A DNA stretch of 64,000 bases from Desulfurococcaceae archaeon (GTDB lineage: Archaea > Thermoproteota > Thermoprotei_A > Sulfolobales > Desulfurococcaceae), in assembly GCA_038888155.1 (NCBI GenBank), contig JAWAJB010000002.1, forward strand, positions 192,001 through 256,000, read 5' to 3'. Below are positions 9,178 through 19,312 of this stretch, in pieces; positions within the stretch are counted from its first letter, which is position 1; the number at the start of each line of letters is the position of its first letter. The notes below the pieces were generated by a model, which was given only the letters and a program-made list of their open reading frames with translations, had not been told where the DNA came from and made no database searches. A program made the position numbers and the translations under genes.

Positions 9178-10457
9178 GTGGTAAGGAAACAGGTGCTTTG
9201 CGCGGAATTAATTATGATGAACTTATCATAAAGTACAGAGGGGATCGAGTAGTTAAGTTGTCCGAAATCCTTTTGTCTAGGGGGAAAACAATTCCGCGAA
9301 CAGCAGGAATTGATACATTCTATTCGCTTTACCTCCCAGCACCTATATTAAATGAGACTTCCACTTGTGAATTGTGTAAGGCGATTGTTAAAACACTAAC
9401 GAATACAACTGAGGGAGTCAGGCTAAGAACTAGATCCATGCTAGATACGTTGTTAAGCACGCTTACTGCAGCTGTATATCTATCGAGGCTATTCGAAAAA
9501 TTTCGTGTTGAGGAGCATTTAAAGGGAGGACATAACTCATTGCGGTATGAAAAGATCATGAACGATGCCAAAGAAGCTGCGTATGAAGTGCTTTCTGAAG
9601 TGGAAAATATATCTAGAGTTCGGTCGGCTCTTGAGGGACTACATCCTGGATCGATTAGCATCTTCTCTACGGAGGATTACAGCTTGGAACTTTTAAGGCT
9701 TGCTAAGGTGACTGATATCAAAAAGATCATAGAAATGCTAGAGGGGATCAAGCAATGCGATATTGCAACATCAAGGAGGAGCAGGCCATTTAAAAAGGGA
9801 GAAAGGCAGGGTTTCGTGTTGGGGTCGGATGTTGAGAGAATTGTTCCCTCGAATTTCCTATATAGCGATGATGTCTTTTACACCAGACTAGCGCAAGGAA
9901 GATTGTTGCTGTACAGCAAGACCATAGAGGAGTCTATGGGGTCAATCTACGTTTTGTTGGATAAAAGCGGGAGCATGGAAGGAGAGAAAATCTTATGGGC
10001 CAAGGCTGTTGCCCTTGCTCTATACATGAAGGCATTGAGAGGAGGGCGCGACTTCTACATAAGATTCTTCGACAGCCAGCCATACAGCTTGATGAACGTG
10101 AGGAGGAAACCCACTTCAAAAGATGCCACTAAAGTTTTTGAATATATAGCTAGAATCAAGAGCGCTGGAGGGACGGATATTACAAGGGCTCTTGTTACAG
10201 CAACGTCAGATCTCAGCAGTAATTTAATAAAAGGTAGCACTATCGTTTTAGTTACAGATGGGATAGATAGAGTTTTTGAGAGTCCACTTAAGCGGAATTT
10301 AAAGAAAAGCGATACAAAACTAATAACTGTCATGATAAAGGGCGAAAATAAAAGTCTCTTAGCGTTGTCAAAGGAATATCTAAAAGTTGTCAAACTAAGT
10401 CGAGAGGACATTATACAAGTAATAAAAGCAGTAGACCGTGAGATAAAACTCAATTGA
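9174..10457 (+). CDS. VWA-domain protein (ViaA-like partner of the AAA+ ATPase)
   Basis: MIDAS LDKSGSM, GGTDI, VTDG; ATGA overlap with the MoxR gene. Confidence 0.88.
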   Translation: MSGKETGALRGINYDELIIKYRGDRVVKLSEILLSRGKTIPRTAGIDTFYSLYLPAPILNETSTCELCKAIVKTLTNTTEGVRLRTRSMLDTLLSTLTAAVYLSRLFEKFRVEEHLKGGHNSLRYEKIMNDAKEAAYEVLSEVENISRVRSALEGLHPGSISIFSTEDYSLELLRLAKVTDIKKIIEMLEGIKQCDIATSRRSRPFKKGERQGFVLGSDVERIVPSNFLYSDDVFYTRLAQGRLLLYSKTIEESMGSIYVLLDKSGSMEGEKILWAKAVALALYMKALRGGRDFYIRFFDSQPYSLMNVRRKPTSKDATKVFEYIARIKSAGGTDITRALVTATSDLSSNLIKGSTIVLVTDGIDRVFESPLKRNLKKSDTKLITVMIKGENKSLLALSKEYLKVVKLSREDIIQVIKAVDREIKLN

Positions 10458-10483
10458 AGCGTATATACTGAACTGGGCTCATT

Positions 10484-11317
10484 CTAGGTAGAAAAGAGCG
10501 TAAGCGAATTTATGGGTTTTAAACACCGCTTCAATTCACATATCAATTCAGCTAAAATACTTATGGCGATCTCCTCTGGGGAATCAGATCCTATGTCCAA
10601 ACCTGCTGGTGCATGCACTCTATTCTTAAATTGGCCAACGTCTATGCCTTCTTTGCGTAATTTCTCTAGAATCCACAATGCCTTTTTTCTGCTGCACAAA
10701 ATCCATATATGCCCGGGAAACCTCCTTTCTATTAATTTTTTAAGTATTTGATACTCTAGCTCTGGCTTACCGTGCGTAATCACAGCTGCATCGTAATTAT
10801 TGCTTAGATCAATTTTATCTAGGCTTTCAATTATATTCCCGAGGATTCTTTCAGCATATGGAAATCTTTCTGCTGTAACTAGTTCAGGGTTGTCATCTAG
10901 AATCACTACTTTGTACTTTAAAATATTTGCCATGTCTCCAACAGGCTTGCCCACGTGCCCCGCTCCTATAATTAGAACTCTAGGAACAGTGTTTACGATA
11001 TCTATAAACACTTCTACCACACCTCCACAAATCATATGCGTTTTTATTGAATCCTTTGGCTCGCTTTCTTGCGTTAATGCAATTTTAATACGCCTTGGGC
11101 GAGCAATCTGAAGAGCTATAAGACATTCCTTGACAACTATATCTTCAATTTCTCCCCCTCCAATTGTACCCTTTTTTTGCCCGTCACTAGATACTGCGAT
11201 TGTCGTGCCCACGTCTCTAGGAGCACTTCCATCTTTTCCTATAATAGTTGCAATAGCTACACGCTTGCCTTTTGAAACGTTGTCCAAAACCCACTCAATA
11301 ATATCAGTTGTAACCAT
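10484..11317 (-). CDS. XdhC/CoxI/CoxF family molybdenum-cofactor chaperone
   Basis: GSAPR..G..GTIGGG.IE, MICGG.VEVFI, GAGHVG, HAPAGLDIGSDSPEEIAISILAE; ATG at 11317 follows a GGGGGG RBS (ORF track starts at 11383). Confidence 0.9.
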   Translation of the reverse strand: MVTTDIIEWVLDNVSKGKRVAIATIIGKDGSAPRDVGTTIAVSSDGQKKGTIGGGEIEDIVVKECLIALQIARPRRIKIALTQESEPKDSIKTHMICGGVVEVFIDIVNTVPRVLIIGAGHVGKPVGDMANILKYKVVILDDNPELVTAERFPYAERILGNIIESLDKIDLSNNYDAAVITHGKPELEYQILKKLIERRFPGHIWILCSRKKALWILEKLRKEGIDVGQFKNRVHAPAGLDIGSDSPEEIAISILAELICELKRCLKPINSLTLFST

Positions 11318-11395
11318 AGACCCCCCTGGGATAAAGACCATTTGGACGCTATATATTTCAAATTTTCCAATTTTTGTTAACATTTTATGATTTTA

Positions 11396-12238
11396 TTAAA
11401 GATTTAGCTCGCGTCTAACGTACTGATCTATCTCTATTCCAATTTCAGAGGACCTCTTGTATGCCGATTCTATGGTTTTCATAAGGGCTGATTTTACCCC
11501 CTCAGACTCCATCATCATTATCCCCCGTATGGTTGTTCCAGCTGGAGTTATTACCTCATCTCTAACGACGGCTGGATGGCTATCGATTTCACGCAAAAGT
11601 ATAGCCGTTCCTTCAAGCACGTCTAGAATTGATTTGTATGCGATATCCCTTGGCATACCGGATGCCACTGCACCTAGTACAAGCCCGTCTATTATTTCGG
11701 CTATAAATGCAGGCCCGCTACCAACCAGACCTGTCCACACATCTATGTATTCTTCTGGGACCCAATACACTGCTCCCATGCACTTAAATAGTTCCTCTAC
11801 TACTGTTTTGCTATGAGCATTATTGTCCTGCAATGCTATTGCAGTTGATGCCTTGCGTACTAGCACGTTGATATTTGTCATGGCCCTGTATATTTCTGCC
11901 CCAGGCATTACATCCATTAATGTTTTTAGCTTAATACCTGCCATAACCGATATAACAAGTTTATTTTTCCAGAGATCTCTGCCAGTATTCCTCATTACCT
12001 CGGGGAAATGATGCGGTTTAACACTTAATATAATAATATCTGATTGCTTTACTGCTTCTTTGTTACTCCGATGAACAGTGGCTCCAAGCATTTTAGCGTT
12101 CTCTAGCGTTTCATTTCTTCTACCAGTAGCAACAATTCTCGCTCCACCTCTACAACAGTCTTTGAGTGCGCCTATAATAGCCGATCCAATCCGTCCGGCG
12201 CCAATGATGGCTATAGTTTTCTCGTTGCAGTAGCCCAT
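11396..12238 (-). CDS. proC: Pyrroline-5-carboxylate reductase
   Basis: GAGRIG Rossmann motif, SVKPH, GSGPAF, VITPAGTTIRG. Confidence 0.93.
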   Translation of the reverse strand: MGYCNEKTIAIIGAGRIGSAIIGALKDCCRGGARIVATGRRNETLENAKMLGATVHRSNKEAVKQSDIIILSVKPHHFPEVMRNTGRDLWKNKLVISVMAGIKLKTLMDVMPGAEIYRAMTNINVLVRKASTAIALQDNNAHSKTVVEELFKCMGAVYWVPEEYIDVWTGLVGSGPAFIAEIIDGLVLGAVASGMPRDIAYKSILDVLEGTAILLREIDSHPAVVRDEVITPAGTTIRGIMMMESEGVKSALMKTIESAYKRSSEIGIEIDQYVRRELNL

Positions 12239-12371
12239 TTGTTGACCCCTCGACCCTAAATCAGATGAAATATGCTCATTTAAGTAACCTACGTAAATTA
12301 TGAAGAGTGCATATTTATAATGCTTATCTGTATGAGTGGATATGTGGGTAATATAGGAGAGTTGAAGAGAA

Positions 12372-12896
12372 TTGAGCTTTAATATAGTAATAACCCATGA
12401 GCAGGGTTTGGATAATTACAGATTTATTGCAAGTAGATTAAGAAGGATAGGTTTAGAGCATGTAATAGTGGATAAGGGGCCATCTCTTGTGCTTCTAAGG
12501 GTCGATGACCCCTACAAGGTGGTAGAAGCATTACGCGAGTACGTCAAGGATATACCCGTAATATATAGAGTTATCCCGGTTGATAGTGTGGTTGACCCAT
12601 ATGTCGAGGTGGTTGCAGCCAAGGTCAAAGAGTTAGTAGACCTTAAGTTACCCAGAGATAGCACTTTTAGGATCACGCTTCACGGCAGGCTATATTGGCA
12701 AGAGACAAGGTTGCCTGCCCATACTGTGGATGCCATTAGGGTTATTGCCCATGGAATAGACAGGTCAGTCTCTCTGACAAGACCAGATTACATTGTTTAC
12801 ATTAGAAGCGTCAAACTATACCATAGAAGGAGATATGCCACAATAACTGTTGCCGAACCACCCATGATACTTACTTTGAAGTCTAATAGGCCATAA
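12372..12896 (+). CDS. THUMP-domain RNA-binding protein
   Basis: YRVIPVD, TFRITLHGR, VSLTRPDYIVYI THUMP pattern. Confidence 0.8.
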   Translation: MSFNIVITHEQGLDNYRFIASRLRRIGLEHVIVDKGPSLVLLRVDDPYKVVEALREYVKDIPVIYRVIPVDSVVDPYVEVVAAKVKELVDLKLPRDSTFRITLHGRLYWQETRLPAHTVDAIRVIAHGIDRSVSLTRPDYIVYIRSVKLYHRRRYATITVAEPPMILTLKSNRP

Positions 12897-12897
12897 A

Positions 12898-13494
12898 TTA
12901 CACAGGTCTACCCACAGGAAATACGTAGAGTGCTATGTAATCATTCCCCAATCCTATGAGATTCAATACTTCGTTATCGTGGAAAGCGCCTATAGCAACC
13001 GTTCCAAGGCTCATTTCGCTTGAAGCTAGATATATATTTTGTCCTATATGACCCGCTTCATTGTGTATGTATCTAAATCCCCTTTCGCCGTACCAGCTAG
13101 TTGTTTTTTCATATAGGGCTACCAGGATAATGTTCACGGGTGCTTCTTTAACCCACAATTGATCTAAACATGCTCTCGTGAGTTCCCATGAGTAGTCTCC
13201 CTCTTTAATTAACATTAGCGAATGCGTTTGATCAATGTATCTATAGACGCCTGGCCTGACTCCTTCAACATCTCTAACAACCAAATATAACTCAATGGGG
13301 TATGTAGCACCAGCTGATGGGACTACGCGCCTTCTTCTGTCTATGAGACCATACGAGGTCCAAAGTAATTGTGATAGCTCGTCTAGCTTTAGCGGCTCTT
13401 TCCTAAATTTCCTGATACTTCGCCTCTTAATCAGAAGTTGGCACAAACACGTCGTCTTATTGGGCTCAGGTAGTTTTAGTTCCATGCGAATCAC
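12898..13494 (-). CDS. SagB/ThcOx-type nitroreductase-family dehydrogenase
   Basis: RRSIRKF, PSAGATYPIELY, EAGHIGQNIYL, IGAFHD. Confidence 0.88.
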   Translation of the reverse strand: MIRMELKLPEPNKTTCLCQLLIKRRSIRKFRKEPLKLDELSQLLWTSYGLIDRRRRVVPSAGATYPIELYLVVRDVEGVRPGVYRYIDQTHSLMLIKEGDYSWELTRACLDQLWVKEAPVNIILVALYEKTTSWYGERGFRYIHNEAGHIGQNIYLASSEMSLGTVAIGAFHDNEVLNLIGLGNDYIALYVFPVGRPV

Positions 13495-13776
13495 TCGTCA
13501 TAGAACATGTATATTTTAGATTGGAATAAATAAAAGCATTTTGAGTTTTCTTACTTATTCGGGTTGGTTAGACGTATTAAATCTCTAACTTTATAGTAGC
13601 TTCATGCTGACGATCCCTATAATCAAACCCCTCCGAAGAACAAACTAAATATATCAAAACTTTTAAGAAAAATAAGATCAATTAAGAGCCGTAGAATTAT
13701 CTATATGATTTCAACTAAAAGCAACTTAAAAAGAGCGCCGACCTGAAATATATAAACTCAACCTTTATACTTAAAC

Positions 13777-14319
13777 GTGAGTGGGTTGACCAACATGCTA
13801 TACAGGCTGTTATATCCTTTAAGAACATATCTTATTGTGTCAGGAAATAAGGATGAAGAAGTCGATGTCATGGCTGCTGATTGGGTCACCGTCGTGTCAG
13901 TCGAACCGTTTCTTGTCGCCGTGTCCATCGCGCCAACAAGATATACATTTAAGCTGATAAAGAAATATAAGGAGTTTGTTATTAGCGTCCCAAGTATACA
14001 TATGTTGAGCGATGTCTGGATCACTGGAACAGAGCATGGACCCGAGAAGATTAAAAAGACAAAGCTAGAGTTTGTTCCAGGCAGTAAGGTAGGGACTCCA
14101 CTTATTAGTAACGCGCTTGCTAATTTAGAATGCAAAGTCATCGGGGAACATCCCTATGGCGATCATGTGCTATTTATTGGGGAGGTAATCGCTTATCGCA
14201 AGAAAGAGGATGCATATATAGACAATGAACCCAAGCTGGAGGCTGGGTTCTTTGCACATATAGCTTTAGATAGGTTTGTGACGTTCAGAGAAGAGTTTTA
14301 CACTGCAGAACGCCGCTAA
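13777..14319 (+). CDS. Flavin reductase family protein
   Basis: VMAADW, VSIAPTRYT, LECKV...GDHVLFIGEV. Confidence 0.88.
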   Translation: MSGLTNMLYRLLYPLRTYLIVSGNKDEEVDVMAADWVTVVSVEPFLVAVSIAPTRYTFKLIKKYKEFVISVPSIHMLSDVWITGTEHGPEKIKKTKLEFVPGSKVGTPLISNALANLECKVIGEHPYGDHVLFIGEVIAYRKKEDAYIDNEPKLEAGFFAHIALDRFVTFREEFYTAERR

Positions 14320-14468
14320 TATTAAAAAATAGAGGTAATCGAAATCGTAGACCTTTTTGTATTTTTACTTAAAGGCCTGCTCTCCTCGCTTTTTGATCTG
14401 GCTCTAATTGACGCTACTATAGTCAAGGACGCAGTTTGTATGGGGATACAAAATTAAATGAAAAATGT

Positions 14469-15206
14469 TTAAGAACCCCTAACCTCGCTACACGCTGGAC
14501 ACTTGGGATTCTTTGTGATGTATATAACGTTAAAGTCCATGCTATATCCATCATACATAATTAATTTGTTTAATGCAGGCTTACCATATCCCGTTATTAA
14601 CTTGATAGCTTCGGTTACTTGTATCATCGCGATAAGACCAGAAGTTGAACCTATAATCGGGAACGTTTTTGTCTCGTCAAGTTCTTTAGGTAGAATACAC
14701 TGTAAACAAGGAGTAAGCCCAGGAACAACCACTAAAACTTGGCCGTAAAGTCCGTAAACTCCACCGTGGATGAGTGGCTTCAGGTATTTTAAACAAATCT
14801 TGTTTAACAGAAGTCTAGTTTTCCAGTTATCCAAGGCATCAATAACTAAATCTGATTCAGGAACAAGCTTTTCAAGCAGTGAAGCATCGGCCATTTCAGG
14901 AATAGCTCTAATTCTAACGTTGGGATTCAGTTTACAGAGCTTCTCGGCAGCAGATTCTACTTTTAGTCTACTAATATCATCGGTCCAGTGAAGAATCTGT
15001 CTGTTCAAATTGCTTAGCTCAACGCGCTCAAAGTCTACAAGCCTTATTTCCCCAACGCCAGCAGCTACTAGGTACAGTGCTATAGGGGAACCAAGGCCGC
15101 CGACCCCAACTACGGTTATCTTTGAGCTTTTAAGTTTCTCCTGTCCAGCAACTCCAAAAAGTCTTATTTGTCTCTCATATCGTTCAAGTTCATCTAGATT
15201 TAGCAT
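14469..15206 (-). CDS. moeB: ThiF/MoeB/HesA family E1-like adenylyltransferase
   Basis: RYERQI, GVGGLG, VELSNLNRQ, DALDN, CLQC and CPAC Zn motifs. Confidence 0.88.
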   Translation of the reverse strand: MLNLDELERYERQIRLFGVAGQEKLKSSKITVVGVGGLGSPIALYLVAAGVGEIRLVDFERVELSNLNRQILHWTDDISRLKVESAAEKLCKLNPNVRIRAIPEMADASLLEKLVPESDLVIDALDNWKTRLLLNKICLKYLKPLIHGGVYGLYGQVLVVVPGLTPCLQCILPKELDETKTFPIIGSTSGLIAMIQVTEAIKLITGYGKPALNKLIMYDGYSMDFNVIYITKNPKCPACSEVRGS

Positions 15207-15274
15207 GGGCCGTATACCTCAGCGTCCTTTTAACATGTGAAATTATTAAGCCTCATATATTTATGAAAGAAAAG

Positions 15275-15333
15275 GAGTATGATGAAGCCTTGCCGCGGGT
15301 GATAGGTGAGCACCGTGAACCCCTGGCTGATTA
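15275..15333 (+). ncRNA. C/D-box sRNA (2'-O-methylation guide)
   Basis: Box C ATGATGA 15279-15285, D' GTGA 15299-15302, C'-like AGGTGA 15304-15309, box D CTGA 15327-15330; GC-rich guides; AT-rich TATA-like sequence upstream. Confidence 0.8.
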
Positions 15334-15875
15334 ACATTTCTCTTCAACAAATTCGTGAATAACACAATAATACTTCAATAACATGGATTGGGCTGAGCGA
15401 CAATTATCATCTTTAAAAACCACCCACTTTCTTTATTCTCGCGTGAATCTGTCAAGCTATGAAATTCGCAGAACTAGGCACAACTATAAGGATCGTGAAA
15501 CACTTAAGCATTGAGATAGAAGTATCTATAGAGTGGAGACATAGCTTTCGCTTCATTGCTTAAAGCGTCTCATATACCATACGAACAACAAGTAGAGCCA
15601 TCAATAAAATGAGCAAAATTACATAGCCCATTATTTAAATACTCTATAGCTTTACCGTATCTGAAGATATAGGGATTAAGCTCAATGCTACAGGTTATAG
15701 CAAGCATTTAAGGCGTTTTGAAAGCAGTCAACGCTAAACTCATAATTGGGTTTTTAATAGCTTTCCAACGTTGAACATAGGAGGGTTATTGAATATACAT
15801 ATAGCGCATAGTCATATAGGTCCTGGGTAAGACTTTAATATATTGTGGAGCCATAATTCATGGTGGTGATTTGCG

Positions 15876-16394
15876 TTGGAGGAATTTTTAGAGTTCTTAA
15901 GGTCTAGAAGAAGTATTAGAAAATTCAGTCAAGAGCGCCCACCTATGGATTTACTTATGAAGGCCATTGATGTTGCACGATATGCACCTAGCGCAAGAAA
16001 TAGCCAACCTTGGAGATTTATAATAATAGAAAGCGATGAAGTTAAGAAAAAGCTTGCATCGCTTCACCCCTATGCTAAACCGCTTGAAGAGGCCCCCCTT
16101 GCCATTGTCGTTACCTGTCAAATCGATGAATCTCCGGTCTCTTACATGCTAGACTGCGGGAACGCAACAACATACCTCTTATTGGCACTACATGCTGTTG
16201 GTCTCGGATCAGTATGGATACAAGCGTTGAGAAATATTGATGAGGTAAAGGCTGTGATTAGCGCGCCTACTAACGTCATACCAGTTGCAATACTAGCTGT
16301 TGGCTATCCAAATGAACAACCGCCAACAAGACCAAGGAAGCCCCTCAATGAATTGGTTTACTTGAACAAATACGGTAACAAGGCAATAAAATAA
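15876..16394 (+). CDS. Nitroreductase family protein
   Basis: RRSIRKF, APSARNSQPWRF, GLGSVW, AVGYP. Confidence 0.9.
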   Translation: MEEFLEFLRSRRSIRKFSQERPPMDLLMKAIDVARYAPSARNSQPWRFIIIESDEVKKKLASLHPYAKPLEEAPLAIVVTCQIDESPVSYMLDCGNATTYLLLALHAVGLGSVWIQALRNIDEVKAVISAPTNVIPVAILAVGYPNEQPPTRPRKPLNELVYLNKYGNKAIK

Positions 16395-16396
16395 TT

Positions 16397-17770
16397 CTAA
16401 ATGTATGGGAAATCTAAAGAGGGAGGTGCATAAGAGGAAACCGCCACTTTGTCGGCTTTCAAGATAGCTGGCAAAGCTAAAATACACAACGATGCAGCTA
16501 AAATACAAAATCCAGCAACCAACTTCTCGCTAATCGGTTCGGACATTATTTCAAAGTCCAGTGAAATGGGAGAACCAAGTTTTGCTCTGCCATATTCGTC
16601 TAGTATTACGATTACTGATTTCATAGTACCCCTTGAGCGAATTATTGCCCCACGCCCATCATATTTTGCATCTAAATCCACTTGTACTGGAACATTTAGA
16701 TCGGCTATTTTTACATTATAGCTAATGTAACCACTAAACTCTTTGCCTGTGTATGTCGGGTTATATATAATTGGCAGTATTCTGCTTGAAAAAATCCTTA
16801 TATAGTCGCTATAACTCATTGAAAATAATGTCCCCTCGGATGTTATTATGAGTGCTAGCTCTTCGCTTTGATCTAAATAAAGAGGAGAGCCTGACTCCTT
16901 GATGTTCCTCACAGTTATAGCTGTAGTATATATCGACGCGTTAAGGGACGTAAGAGCTCCACCTATGAAACCACCCAATATAGCCAAAAGCAGGATTGCT
17001 AAAATAATTTTTGAAAATTTTCCAAGACCCTTTGGCTTAGCTATATATATCCCATATAAATCTTGAAGATATTTGTAAATATAATCCATGTATGAGGGCT
17101 CTCTTACGCTTACTTTAACAAGGAGTGGTATTAAGGCCATGCCCATTACGAAGCCGCCAATGTGGGCAAAGTATGCCACTCCGCCGAGTCTCATGTATCC
17201 ATAAATTACCTGTTCTGCAAACCAAAACAACAGGAACGTAGAAGCAGATAACCTGAAGCAATAAGGAAATAAGAAGAAATAGGTACACATTACAAGCTTG
17301 GTGTGCGGTAACATTAGGATATATGCTCCAAGCACACCGCTAATAGCCCCCGACGCTCCAACTGCTGGTATCGTCAAAGAGTCATAACCTCCAACTGGGA
17401 TGAATGCTACATGAAATAACACAGCTGAAATACCGGAAAGTAAGTACAGCCCAATGGTTTTGATATGTCCGATAAGTCCTTCTATCCGCGAGCCAAATAG
17501 CCAGAGGAAGTACATGTTGAAAAATATATGGAACAAATCTGCGTGTATAAACATACTTGTAAACATTTTTACGACGCCGTTAACCGGGTCAGACAGTAAA
17601 TAAATTGGCTTGAAGCCATAATCTAATACGCTCTGATCAGAAGTCTGGAACAATGGCGAGTAAGAAGAATAACTAGTGTACAAATACACCGCAACGTTCA
17701 AAACTATAACGAGCATTATTACAATCGGGGAATATTTCCCCTTAACAACCTCTCCTGGGAATACTGTCAA
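16397..17770 (-). CDS. Rhomboid intramembrane serine protease with C-terminal extension
   Basis: HADLFHIFFNM, catalytic GASGA and AHIGG. Confidence 0.88.
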   Translation of the reverse strand: MTVFPGEVVKGKYSPIVIMLVIVLNVAVYLYTSYSSYSPLFQTSDQSVLDYGFKPIYLLSDPVNGVVKMFTSMFIHADLFHIFFNMYFLWLFGSRIEGLIGHIKTIGLYLLSGISAVLFHVAFIPVGGYDSLTIPAVGASGAISGVLGAYILMLPHTKLVMCTYFFLFPYCFRLSASTFLLFWFAEQVIYGYMRLGGVAYFAHIGGFVMGMALIPLLVKVSVREPSYMDYIYKYLQDLYGIYIAKPKGLGKFSKIILAILLLAILGGFIGGALTSLNASIYTTAITVRNIKESGSPLYLDQSEELALIITSEGTLFSMSYSDYIRIFSSRILPIIYNPTYTGKEFSGYISYNVKIADLNVPVQVDLDAKYDGRGAIIRSRGTMKSVIVILDEYGRAKLGSPISLDFEIMSEPISEKLVAGFCILAASLCILALPAILKADKVAVSSYAPPSLDFPYI

Positions 17771-18083
17771 TGCAAAATCACGCTCGGGTGAGCTACTGAG
17801 GATATTGAATTAAAAAAATAACTTATAAATAACACAGTAACCTAAAACATATGCCTTAAATATTCAATTTAATATAATAGCGCATCTTTTGAGAAAAAAG
17901 AAAATCCCTTACTATATTTTATTTTTCATAAGATTGTGCCGAAACCCAAAGCCAAAGCCCACTCGCTATGCATTGAATGGAGAAATAAGCAGAAGTGAGC
18001 AGGGCGGTAATATATATTAAATAAAATTTTAAACTATAGTATCGCTCAAATATCTATGTTATCAATTTTAGGGCAAGAGAACA

Positions 18084-19127
18084 ATGGTGCTTGAGTGTTT
18101 TACAAAGCCAGGTATGAAGGTAATGCTCTTAGCAATAGGTGGGGGTGGAGATATAATTTCAACTGCAGTCCTATCCAGATCTCTCATGAGACAAAACATA
18201 AAGACAGTTATCGCCTCAATAGCTTGGGAAAGATATATTAATGATCCATCGCCGGGACCTTTAAGGCTGGATGAGATAGTTAACTTTGTGGAGAAAAAGG
18301 AGGGGTACATCTTAATAGACGGGAGATCCTACGCTGTTCGAGGTGGTTACAAGGTAATTTTCCAAGCTGCTAGGGTATCTGAAGCGTTGAATGAAAAAAT
18401 ATACATTATTGACTTATATGGAGGGGTGAATGGATACGTTAAATCGATACGAGAAATAGTAGCAAAGGAAGGGATTGATCTTATTATTGGCGTTGATGTA
18501 GGCGGTGATAGCATTGCTGTAGGATGCGAGGAGGGCCTATGGAGTCCTCTTGCAGACTGGATGGGCTTATCAGCTCTCCATGTAGTCAAAGGCAAATTAG
18601 CCCTACATTCACCTGGTAGTGATGGCGAACTGGAACAACAATACTTACTAAGTAGAATAGATCATATCGCGAGCAAGGGGGGGTTGCTCGGTATTAGGCT
18701 TTTATGCGAATCCGATGCGAAGCTGCTTGAAAACATACTGGAGAGAGCTAGCACCGAGGCCTCACTGATTTCACTGCTTGCGTATAGAGGTAGAAGGGGT
18801 GAGTTAACGCTCCGTGGGGGAACGAGAAAAGTAACGTTGTCTTTTTTAAGCACTTTAACATTCCTTTTGGATACAAACATAGTTATTGAGGATATAAGGC
18901 CTGCGAGAGAACTAACTGACACGAAGTCCATATATGAAGCGAATAAATTATTAAACGCCTATGGAATTTACACCGAGCTCGACTTCGAAGAAGATCTAGC
19001 GAGAGCTAATATTAAACCTTATGAGCTCTCTGCTGATTTAGTAATGAGGATAAGAAAATCCGGTAAAGAGCGAGTTGCTAAAAGCGCAATGATTAATTAT
19101 TGCAGGGAGGTTAACAAGTCACCTTAA
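18084..19127 (+). CDS. DUF1152-family protein
   Basis: GGGGDI, WER...DP.PGP, GVDVGGD, GSDGEL, TEAS motifs. Confidence 0.8.
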   Translation: MVLECFTKPGMKVMLLAIGGGGDIISTAVLSRSLMRQNIKTVIASIAWERYINDPSPGPLRLDEIVNFVEKKEGYILIDGRSYAVRGGYKVIFQAARVSEALNEKIYIIDLYGGVNGYVKSIREIVAKEGIDLIIGVDVGGDSIAVGCEEGLWSPLADWMGLSALHVVKGKLALHSPGSDGELEQQYLLSRIDHIASKGGLLGIRLLCESDAKLLENILERASTEASLISLLAYRGRRGELTLRGGTRKVTLSFLSTLTFLLDTNIVIEDIRPARELTDTKSIYEANKLLNAYGIYTELDFEEDLARANIKPYELSADLVMRIRKSGKERVAKSAMINYCREVNKSP

Positions 19128-19312
19128 TTTCTAGGCCAATAAATAGACAGAGGCATAATAAATTTATTCCTTGCTGGTTAAGCGATGTAATTAAAGCTTT
19201 AATGCGTTTCTAGCAACGATAGTGGCTTCTTATTTCTATGCAGGACAACGCACGTTGAGATCAAAGGATTGATCAAAAAATATTTTAAGGTGCGCCCATA
19301 ATAGACTACTAG

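Noticed and set aside
12898-16394. SagB + ThiF + PqqD + SPASM rSAM as an azole RiPP cluster
   Set aside because: No YcaO or precursor peptide seen; genes are scattered on both strands and each is a common stand-alone archaeal gene
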